Of a stretch of 55,131 nt of DNA, positions 41,191-50,000 are shown one piece after another. The DNA is from Sphingobium sp. Lineage in GTDB: Bacteria > Pseudomonadota > Alphaproteobacteria > Sphingomonadales > Sphingomonadaceae. The stretch lies in the NCBI GenBank assembly GCA_036278355.1, contig DASULD010000197.1, forward strand, positions 1 to 55,131. Reading direction: 5' to 3'. Position 1 is the stretch's first letter. Every line of letters begins with the position of its first letter. The notes beneath the pieces are model-generated. The model did no database searches and was not told the DNA's origin. It worked only from the letters and a program-made list of their open reading frames with translations. The translations under genes were made by a program, and so were the position numbers.

Positions 41191-42219
41191 ATGAGCCACG
41201 GCATTCCATCCCGACCGGACGATCATCCCGCCATCCCGAACCCGAGGGTTGGCGTGCTGCTTGTCAACCTCGGGACTCCGGACGCGCCGGAACCGGACGC
41301 CGTCAGGCGCTATCTGCGCGAATTCCTTTCCGACCGGCGGGTGGTGGAGATTCCGCCGCTGCTGTGGCAGCCGATATTGCGGGGGATCATTCTCAATGTC
41401 CGCCCCAGAAAGTCGGCGCATGCCTATCGCCAGATATGGACAGATCGTGGGTCGCCGCTGGCCGTCAATACCGCCGACGCCGCGCTGGGGCTGGCCGATG
41501 CCCTGGCAGGGGACGGCGTCCTTGTCGACTGGGCGATGCGCTATGGCAATCCGTCGGTGGGCTCCCGGCTGGCGGCGATGCGACAGGCAGGATGCGACCG
41601 CATAGTCTTCGCGCCGCTCTATCCACAATATAGCGCGGCGACCACCGCCAGCGCCCAGGATGCGCTGTCTGCGGCACTGGCGGCAATGCGATGGCAACCG
41701 GCCATCCGCACGTTGCCGCCTTATTATGACGATCCCGGATATATTGCCGCACTGACGGCGGCTGCGCGGCGGCATCTTGCGGCGCTGGATTTTACTCCCG
41801 ACGCGCTGCTCCTGAGCTTTCACGGCATGCCGGAACGGACGCTGCGTCTCGGCGACCCCTATCATTGCCACTGTGTGAAGACGGCGCGACTGCTGGCCGA
41901 GGCGCTGGCCGGTGATTTCGCCGGGCCGGTGGAGATGAGCTTTCAGTCCCGCTTCGGTCGCGCGAAATGGCTGGAGCCTTCGACCGAGGACAGGCTGGTG
42001 GAGCTCGCCAGACGGGGCTTGCGCAAGATCGCGGTGATGGCCCCGGGCTTCGCCGCGGATTGTCTCGAAACCCTCGAGGAGATGGCGCTGCGCGGCCGTG
42101 ACCTGTTCCTTTCGTCATCCGGCGCACAGTTTGCCTACGTGCCTTGTTTGAACGCGAGTGATGAGGCAATCAGTTTCTATAAGGATCTTGTCGGGCGGGA
42201 ACTGTCCGGCTGGATCTGA
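41191..42219 (+). CDS. hemH: Ferrochelatase
   Basis: LLVNLGTP, YLREFLSD.RV, AMRYGNP, PLYPQYS, SFHG.P, FQSRFG...WLEP, PGF.ADCLETLEE. Confidence 0.98.
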   Translation: MSHGIPSRPDDHPAIPNPRVGVLLVNLGTPDAPEPDAVRRYLREFLSDRRVVEIPPLLWQPILRGIILNVRPRKSAHAYRQIWTDRGSPLAVNTADAALGLADALAGDGVLVDWAMRYGNPSVGSRLAAMRQAGCDRIVFAPLYPQYSAATTASAQDALSAALAAMRWQPAIRTLPPYYDDPGYIAALTAAARRHLAALDFTPDALLLSFHGMPERTLRLGDPYHCHCVKTARLLAEALAGDFAGPVEMSFQSRFGRAKWLEPSTEDRLVELARRGLRKIAVMAPGFAADCLETLEEMALRGRDLFLSSSGAQFAYVPCLNASDEAISFYKDLVGRELSGWI

Positions 42220-42249
42220 AGAAGTTTTTTTGCGTGAAGGAGAATGCAC

Positions 42250-42972
42250 ATGGGAAAGGTAGCAATCGTCACCGGCGGAACCAGAGGCATCGGTGAGTCG
42301 ATCTGTCTCGCCCTACGCGATCTCGGCATGACGGTTGTAGCCAACTATGCGGGCAATGAGGAGAAAGCCAAAGCCTTCACGGATCGAACGGGCATTCGAG
42401 CCTATCGATGGGACGTCGGCGATCATCAGGCCTGTCTTGATGGATGCGCGCAGGTCGCCGCGGATGTCGGGCCGATCGATGTGCTGGTGAACAACGCCGG
42501 GATCACGCGCGACGGCGTGCTCGCCAAAATGAGCTTCGACGACTGGAACGAGGTGCTCCGCATCAACCTTGGCGGCTGTTTCAACATGGCCAAGGCAACT
42601 TTCGGCGGGATGCGGGAGCGTGGTTGGGGCCGCATCGTCAACATAGGGTCGATCAACGGCCAGTCCGGGCAATATGGGCAGGTCAACTACGCGGCAGCGA
42701 AATCCGGCATTCATGGCTTCACCAAGGCGCTGGCGCAGGAAGGCGCAAAATCCGGCATAACCGTGAACGCCATTGCGCCGGGCTATATCGATACCGACAT
42801 GGTGGCCGCGGTGCCCGCGCCGGTGCTCGAAAAGATTGTCGCGAAGATTCCTGTCGGGCGTCTGGGCCAGGCCTCTGAAATCGCACGCGGCGTCGCCTTC
42901 CTGTGCAGCGAGGATGGTGGATTCGTCACGGGATCGACATTGTCGATCAATGGCGGCCAGCACATGTATTGA
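42250..42972 (+). CDS. phbB: Acetoacetyl-CoA reductase (PHB synthesis)
   Basis: TGGTRGIG, NNAGITRD, SING..GQ.GQ.NYAAAK, PGYIDTDMV, INGGQHMY; SD AAGGAG. Confidence 0.93.
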   Translation: MGKVAIVTGGTRGIGESICLALRDLGMTVVANYAGNEEKAKAFTDRTGIRAYRWDVGDHQACLDGCAQVAADVGPIDVLVNNAGITRDGVLAKMSFDDWNEVLRINLGGCFNMAKATFGGMRERGWGRIVNIGSINGQSGQYGQVNYAAAKSGIHGFTKALAQEGAKSGITVNAIAPGYIDTDMVAAVPAPVLEKIVAKIPVGRLGQASEIARGVAFLCSEDGGFVTGSTLSINGGQHMY

Positions 42973-43292
42973 TGCCCGCCGGTTCCAGGGTGCCGGGCGA
43001 CACAATGGGTTCGGCACCCTCGGCCTCGCCCGGCGGCGGGACCGGACCCGTCAAACACAGCATCACCATCGCGGGACATGAAACATCGATCAGCCTGGAG
43101 CCGGTGTTCTGGGAAGCGTTGCGCCGCGCCGCAGGGGAAGAGGGAGTGGCGGTGAACGCCCTTGTGGCGCGCGTGGACGAGGAGCGCCTGGCAAGCCTTG
43201 CCCGGGCTTCGGGTGAAGGACGAAAGGTTCAGGCCCCTGCCAATCTGGCGAGCGCGCTGCGAACATGGCTTTGGAAACGATATTGCGAATAG
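42972..43292 (+). CDS. Ribbon-helix-helix domain protein (RHH_4 type)
   Basis: KHSITIAGH.TSISLE..FW..L, NLASALR; ATG overlaps the phbB stop (TGATG); alternative ATG at 43005. Confidence 0.85.
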   Translation: MPAGSRVPGDTMGSAPSASPGGGTGPVKHSITIAGHETSISLEPVFWEALRRAAGEEGVAVNALVARVDEERLASLARASGEGRKVQAPANLASALRTWLWKRYCE

Positions 43293-43327
43293 ATCGCATC
43301 AATGATTGACACTGCGATTTATTCGCA
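43284..43327. promoter_or_regulatory. Tandem Fur-box-like palindromes flanking a -35 element
   Basis: TGCGA-ATAGA-TCGCA (43284-43298) and TGCGA-TTTAT-TCGCA (43313-43327) either side of TTGACA (43306-43311), upstream of an iron-type TBDR. Confidence 0.7.
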
Positions 43328-43363
43328 ATAACTCCCCCCTCGAGCAAACACAGGGGGAACTTC

Positions 43364-45640
43364 ATGTCCGGGATCATTCGCGCGTCGTCGTCGGTCGCAT
43401 TGCCGCTTTCACTTGCAGCGGCCATGCTGATGACCGGGCCGTTGCAAGCGGCGGAGGTCGAAGCAGGTGCCGCCGATGCCGCGGACTCAGCCGACGCCGC
43501 GCCCGGCATCGTCGTTAATGGCGTGCGCGATGGTACGGAAGTCGATCTGCCGACAGTGCGTGGCCCGATTATCGATGTGCCGCAGATCGTCACCACGGTG
43601 TCCGCCGAAACCCTTCGTGATCGTCAGGTCATTTCGCTGGAGCAGGCGCTGCGCAACGTCGCGGGCGTCACGACGCAGATCGGCGAAGGCGGTGTCGTCA
43701 ATGGCGACCAGTTCTTCATTCGCGGTCAGTCGGCCAAAAATGATATTTTCACGGATGGCCTGCGCGATTTCGGTGCGTTCACCCGCGACAGCTTCAATTA
43801 CGAATCGGTAGAGGTGCTGAAGGGGTCCTCGTCCGCCGCCCTCGGGAGGGGCGTGTCGGGCGGCGCGATCAACACCACCTCGAAGGCGCCGGTCACTTCC
43901 GACTATTTCAGTATGACCGGATCCGCCGGAACCGCCGATTATGGCCGGATCACCGTCGACGCGAACAAGGCGCTGACCGACAGCATCGGCCTGCGCGTCA
44001 ACCTCATGGCGCACCAGAATGATTCGCCCGATCGCGATCTGGTCGAATCGCGCCGCTGGGGCTTTGCGCCCGCCATCGGCTTCGGCCTTGGAGGACCGAC
44101 CAGCCTGACCCTGATCTACTTCCACCAGGAAGAAACCCGGGTGCCCGATTATGGTGTTCCGGTCGCCGTCACCACGCCGACGGCCGACGTGGAGCTTCCG
44201 GTGACGGAGCTTGGCGTGCCCCGCTCCCTTTTCTATGGTTACAGGGCTGATACGGACAGAGTGACGGTCAATACCCTCACGGCCAGGTTCCGGCATGAGG
44301 CGAACGACTGGCTCACTTTTACCAGCGATACGAAACTGGGCGCCTACAAGCGCTATTTCCGGCAGACGGTTGCATCCTGTCCCGCAACAACCTGTGGCGA
44401 TCTGTTGATCGACGGCGATGCCGCGACCGTTCCCCTGGCGACCATCGGTGCCCCCGGCCCTTATGACCAGACGACCAAAGGCGTGCAGAACGTCACAACG
44501 GCCCTGATCACCAAGCCGGTTGGTGCCATGCGCAACGAACTGGTGCTGGGCGTCGATGTCTCTTACCAGACCAACGATCGCACTCAGTTCAACTATTCAG
44601 TAACGCGGGCGCCCAAGGATCTGTTCGATCCGGTTCACAGTCCTTCGCCTGCGCTGTCGGCAACGCTCAACAACATCCGCGACACGCGCGGCACGGACAT
44701 TTCCTTCTTCGTTGACGAGCGGCTGTGGTTGAGCCCGCAGTTTTCGATCAATGCCGGTCTGCGTTTCCAGCGTTTCACGAACAAGCAGGATCAGACGAAC
44801 TTCGCGGTCGTCACGTGCAACGGCGTTGGCGGAACCTTTGCCCAATGCGACTTCACCCGCCGGTCCGAGCATAATCTCTGGAGCCCCAAAATCTCCGCCA
44901 TCTGGGAGCCGTCCGACAAGGCGAGCTTCTACGTGAGCTACAGCAAGGCCGCGGTGCCGCCGGGCAATTCCATCGGTAATGGCGATGCGCTTTCCGGGTT
45001 GGCGACCGGCGGCACGATCAGCACATCCGATCTCGCCCCGGAGAAGACCGAGACGTTCGACATCGGTGGCAAATTCGGGCTGTTCCATAACAAGCTGCTG
45101 GTGCAAACGGCGGTGTACCAGATCGACCGTGATAATGCGAAAGAGACCGACTCCAGCGGAGCGGTGTTCGCCTCGGCCGAGCCGAAGCAACGCCTTCGCG
45201 GCTTTGAACTGGGCCTGAGCGGAGCCGTCAGCAAAGAACTTCTGCTTACCGCCAACTACTCCTTCGTCGATGCCGAAATCCGCGAATCCTTCTCCAGCGG
45301 CGTCATCGAGTCGAGCGTCGGCAACCAGGTCCGCTACGTGCCCCGGCACGCGGCGGCGGCGTGGGCGACCTGGAAGCCGGTGGACGGCAGCCTGAAGGGT
45401 CTGGAGATTGGCGGCGGCGTCAATTACCAGTCGAAGGTCTATCTCAACAATCTGAACACGCAGGTCGCGCCTTCCTACATCGTGTTCGACGCATTGATCG
45501 GCTACGCCTCAGGCAAATGGCGGATCGCGCTGAACGGCTATAATCTCGGCGACAGGCTCTATTATGGCCAGGTGAATGGCGGCCGTGTGCTTCCGGCCGC
45601 AGGGCGCACCCTCGTTGCGAGCCTGGGCATTGCGTTCTGA
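43364..45640 (+). CDS. TonB-dependent receptor, Fiu/PiuA iron-uptake type
   Basis: Signal peptide; TonB box-like IVVNG; plug motifs L.QALRNV.GVT, IRG, DGLRD, RD.FNYESVEVLKG, GGAIN; C-terminal Phe. Confidence 0.93.
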   Translation: MSGIIRASSSVALPLSLAAAMLMTGPLQAAEVEAGAADAADSADAAPGIVVNGVRDGTEVDLPTVRGPIIDVPQIVTTVSAETLRDRQVISLEQALRNVAGVTTQIGEGGVVNGDQFFIRGQSAKNDIFTDGLRDFGAFTRDSFNYESVEVLKGSSSAALGRGVSGGAINTTSKAPVTSDYFSMTGSAGTADYGRITVDANKALTDSIGLRVNLMAHQNDSPDRDLVESRRWGFAPAIGFGLGGPTSLTLIYFHQEETRVPDYGVPVAVTTPTADVELPVTELGVPRSLFYGYRADTDRVTVNTLTARFRHEANDWLTFTSDTKLGAYKRYFRQTVASCPATTCGDLLIDGDAATVPLATIGAPGPYDQTTKGVQNVTTALITKPVGAMRNELVLGVDVSYQTNDRTQFNYSVTRAPKDLFDPVHSPSPALSATLNNIRDTRGTDISFFVDERLWLSPQFSINAGLRFQRFTNKQDQTNFAVVTCNGVGGTFAQCDFTRRSEHNLWSPKISAIWEPSDKASFYVSYSKAAVPPGNSIGNGDALSGLATGGTISTSDLAPEKTETFDIGGKFGLFHNKLLVQTAVYQIDRDNAKETDSSGAVFASAEPKQRLRGFELGLSGAVSKELLLTANYSFVDAEIRESFSSGVIESSVGNQVRYVPRHAAAAWATWKPVDGSLKGLEIGGGVNYQSKVYLNNLNTQVAPSYIVFDALIGYASGKWRIALNGYNLGDRLYYGQVNGGRVLPAAGRTLVASLGIAF

Positions 45641-45673
45641 GCCTTCGCCCCTGCTTTTCGGACGGAGCTTGCC

Positions 45674-46357
45674 ATGCTGATCCGCATACCGGCCCTGCTC
45701 TCTCCCCAGGAGGTGGCGGACTGCCGCAGCGTCCTTGAAAATACCCGGTGGGTGGACGGTCGCGTGACGGCCGGGGCGCAGTCGGCGATCGCCAAGAATA
45801 ACCTTCAGGTGCCCGAGGACGCTCCGGAAGCCAAGCCGCTTCAGGAGACCATTCTGCGGGCGCTCGGCAACAACGAGACATTCAATGCCGCGGCCCTGCC
45901 GCTGCGTGTCTTCCCGCCACTCTTCAACCGCTATGACGAAGGCATGGGTTTCGCCGCGCATGTCGACAATGCGATCCGCTATATCGCGTCGGCGCGGCAG
46001 CGGGTGCGAACCGATGTGTCCTCCACGCTCTTCCTCAACGATCCCACCGATTATGACGGCGGCGAGCTGGTGATTGAGGACAGCTATGGCGAGCAGCGGG
46101 TGAAGTTCGACGCGGGCGATCTCGTGCTTTATCCAGCCGAGAGCCTGCATCGTGTGGAGCCGGTCACGCGGGGCAGCCGATGGGCGGCGTTTTTCTGGAC
46201 GCAGTCGATGGTGCGCGACGATGGAGAGCGCGAACTGCTGTACCGCTTCGACCGATCGATCACGGTGACGCGGTCGGAACTGGGCGACCATCATCCCGCC
46301 GTGCTGGCACTGACGTCCACTTATCATAATCTCCTCAGAAAATGGGCCGACCTGTGA
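45674..46357 (+). CDS. piuC: Fe(II)/2-oxoglutarate dioxygenase, PKHD-type (PiuC/YbiX)
   Basis: WVDGRVTAG.QS, PPLFNRY, HVDNA (HxD), YDGGEL, LH.V.PVTRG.R, YHNLLR.WA. Confidence 0.93.
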   Translation: MLIRIPALLSPQEVADCRSVLENTRWVDGRVTAGAQSAIAKNNLQVPEDAPEAKPLQETILRALGNNETFNAAALPLRVFPPLFNRYDEGMGFAAHVDNAIRYIASARQRVRTDVSSTLFLNDPTDYDGGELVIEDSYGEQRVKFDAGDLVLYPAESLHRVEPVTRGSRWAAFFWTQSMVRDDGERELLYRFDRSITVTRSELGDHHPAVLALTSTYHNLLRKWADL

Positions 46358-47034
46358 CGATATTTCGCTTCAACCAGTCGGGCCTGCTCTTCGTCCCTGC
46401 GGGCTGGCAACGGGCCGCCTTCATCCGCTGGCTGAAACGAATTCATGCCTGGACGGGCTTCTGGGGCGCGATCCTGTTCTTCGTGCTCGGCTTGTCGGGC
46501 ATGTTACTCAACCATCGCAGCATCATGCCGATCGAAACCGGAAAGCCGGTGGAGGTCAGCAGCATGGATGTCGCCGTCAACCCGCGCCTGATCGCCGATC
46601 ACAAGGCGCTGGAACGCTGGGCGGCGGCGGAGTTCGGCCTGACCGGTGAACCGCGGCTGGAAACGCAGCCGAAGGACAAGGCTGAACGCAAGGGTTTTCT
46701 CGGCCGCGAGCGAACGGAAGCGGAGAAATGGAAACTCTCCTTTGCGCGGCCCAACGGGCGGGTGATCGTGGAATATGTTCCGGGTTCACCCAGCGTTTCT
46801 GTGCGACAGCAGGCAAACAACCTGCTGGGCGTCGTCAAGAATCTGCACAAGGGTACGGGGCTGGGCGTATTCTGGGTGTTGTTCCTCGACAGCATAGCGG
46901 GCGCCCTGGTCGCGATGAGCATAACCGGCTTCCTGCTCTGGACGCGCCTTCACGGCACGCGCCTTCTTGCCGGAGGTATCCTTGCCGCGAGCGTGGTCGT
47001 GGCAACGGGGGCCGTGTGGCCGAACTGGCTATAA
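46354..47034 (+). CDS. PepSY-associated TM helix protein (PiuB-like)
   Basis: RIH.W.G, SG.LLNH, LHKG, SITG..LW; GTG start overlaps the piuC stop. Confidence 0.85.
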   Translation: MTIFRFNQSGLLFVPAGWQRAAFIRWLKRIHAWTGFWGAILFFVLGLSGMLLNHRSIMPIETGKPVEVSSMDVAVNPRLIADHKALERWAAAEFGLTGEPRLETQPKDKAERKGFLGRERTEAEKWKLSFARPNGRVIVEYVPGSPSVSVRQQANNLLGVVKNLHKGTGLGVFWVLFLDSIAGALVAMSITGFLLWTRLHGTRLLAGGILAASVVVATGAVWPNWL

Positions 47035-47054
47035 ACGCCCTTGCCCGTGTCCGT

Positions 47055-50000
47055 TCACCGCGCCATCAGCGTCCGTACATGGGCGGCCAGTTCCGCCAGC
47101 ATCGCAACGTGCGGTGCCGGGGCGGCCCGGGCGCGGTCAAGCTGATGCCGGAACTGAGCAATGCGCGGCGTTTGCCCGGCGAGCCACTTCTCCACTTTTT
47201 CCATCGGTTCGGTCGTGCCCAGTCGCGACAACAGCGAGAATCGCTCTTGCTGGAGGTCGCGGGAAACGCCTGAAAGAAGCTGGCGCTCCCAAGGATCGCT
47301 CGGCTCCATACGGGACAGCGCCGCCTGCAGCCAGGCCACACCGACGACCTCTCCCAATCGGACGAAGGCGCGAGCGATCTGCTCGACATTGCCCCCGGTC
47401 CGGCGGCTGAGATCGGCCACGCCGACCGCCCCGTCCATCTTGAACAGCATCGATGCGCGCTGGGCGAGACGGCCCGGCACGCCCAGCATTTCGAGCTCGT
47501 CCTCCATTGCGGCCGCGCGCGCGAGCAGCAGCTCGGTCAGCAGGTTGTCCACGCACAGCGCAAGGGCGTCGACGCCCGATTTCAACTGTTCATATCCTTC
47601 GCCGGGAAAAAAGCCTGCTGGCAGGACCCGGAGGATGGAGGCCATCTGCGCCCGCATCGCGCCGCCGATCTGTTCGAGCAGGCGCAGCCGCCCGGCCTCG
47701 GGCATCTCGGCTCCGTCTATGTCCTGCCACAGCGCGCGGACATCGAACAAGCGGTCCGCGACGATGAACGCGGCAGCCATGTCGGCAAGCGCGCACCCCT
47801 CTTCCTCCGCCAGTTCGAACGGGTGAATGATGCCGAGCCGGTTGACGATACGGTTGGCAAGTTCGGTTGCGATGATCTCTCCACGCAACCGGTGGGCGGC
47901 GATGGCGTCGGCCTCCCGCTGCTGCATCTGTGGGGGGAAAGAGGCCGCGAGGTCGGCCCCCATGCTTGGATCGTTTACCAGCGCACCGCGCTCGATGGCG
48001 TCCTGCAGGGTGAGTTTGGCTGTCGACAGCAGGATCGCAAGCTCGGGCCGGGTCAGACCCTGATCATCCAGCGCCCTGCGCAGCAACTGATCATTGTTCG
48101 CCAGTCCCTCGACACGCCGATCGAGCTTTCCGCTCTGCTCGAATGTTTCGATAAGCCGGACATAGCTCGGCAGGGCCGGCACCCCGCCCTTTTCCGCGAT
48201 GGACAGGCCAAGCGCCTGCAGGCGGTTGTCTTCCAGGACCAGCTCGGCGACAGCCTCCGTCATATCGACGAGCAGCGCGTTGCGCTGCTCCAGCAGCAGC
48301 CGCCCCTCCGTCATCTCATGGTTGAGCGCGATCTTGATATTGACCTCATTGTCGGAACAGTCGACGCCCGCGCTGTTGTCGATGAAGTCGGTGTTGATGC
48401 GCCCGCCCGCCAGCGCGAAAGCGATGCGGGCCGCCTGCGTCACGCCCAGGTTGGCGCCTTCGCCCACAACGCGCACGCGCAGCTCCTCCGCGTTGACGCG
48501 CAGTACGTCGTTGGCAGTGTCGCCGACCTCGAGGTTACTCTGGCTCGCGGCCTTTACATAGGTGCCGATGCCGCCGAACCACAACAGGTCCGCCGGGGCG
48601 CGCAAAATCGCTGATATTAGGGAGGCGGGATCGAGTGCGTCATCCGCTACATCGAGCAACGCTTTCATCTCCGGGGAGAGCGGGATGCTCTTGAGGCCGC
48701 GTGAAAACACGCCGCCGCCCTCGGAAATCAGCGTCTTGTCATAATCGTCCCAACTGGAGCGAGGCAGCCTGAACAACCTCTCCCGCTCAGCCCAGCCTGC
48801 ATCCGGGTCGGGATCGGGATCGATGAAGATATGGCGGTGATCGAAGGCGGCAGTCAGCCGGATCGCCTTTGACAGCAACATGCCGTTGCCGAACACGTCG
48901 CCGGACATGTCGCCGATGCCGATGACCCGCACGGCATCCTTCTGAACATCGATGCCCATCTCGGCGAAGTGCCGCTGCACCGACACCCATGCGCCGCGCG
49001 CGGTGATGCCCATCGCCTTGTGGTCATAGCCGTTGGAGCCGCCACTGGCGAACGCATCACCCAGCCAGAAGCCGCGTTCCAGCGCAATGGCATTGGCGAC
49101 ATCGGAGAAGGTTGCCGTCCCCTTGTCGGCCGCGACGACGAAATAGGGGTCTTCTTCGTCCCGGATCACCATGCTCTCAGGATGGGTGACTGCGCCCGCC
49201 ACGATGTTGTCGGTGACCGACAACAGCGACCGGATGAAGACGCGGTAGCTCTCCGTTCCTTCCGCAATCCACGCGTCACGGTCTGCGGCGGGATTGGGTA
49301 GCCGCTTTGGATAAAAGCCGCCCTTGGCGCCGGTTGGAACGATCACCGCGTTCTTTACCCGCTGCGCCTTCATCAGGCCCAGTATCTCCGTGCGAAAATC
49401 GTCGCGGCGGTCGGACCAGCGCAGTCCACCGCGCGCGACCGGTCCGGCGCGCAGGTGGATACCCTCCACGCGCGGCGAATAGACCCAGATTTCCCGCCAC
49501 GGCAGTGGCTTGGGCAGGCCGGGAACCGCCGCGCTGTCGATCTTGAACGCAATCGCTTCCTTACCGGCGGGAAGAAAGAAGTTCGTGCGGAGCGTCGCCT
49601 GGATAGCGGCCCGGAACAGACGAAAAATGCGATCATCGTCGATCGAGGATACATCCGTCAGCCCCGCGACGATTTCTTGATCGGCTGCTGCTGCTGCTTC
49701 GGTGCGGTCGCCCTCAAAGTCGGGATCGTGCAGCGCCTTGAACAGGGCGACGAGCGCGCGCGTGATATGATCGTGACCACGCAAGGTATCCGCGACCTTC
49801 GTTATGGTGTGGGGCAGGCCCGCCTGGCGCAGATACCGGAAGAGCGCGCGCAACAGGACCACAGCCTCGGGGGCGAGCTCCGCCGACACGATGAGGGTGT
49901 TGAGCCGGTCGTCCTCTGCATGGCCGGTCAGCACCTGGGCCAGCGTGTCCTGAAGCACGCTGGCTCTGGCAAGCAGCGCCTCCGCGTCGCCGCCGTCGTA

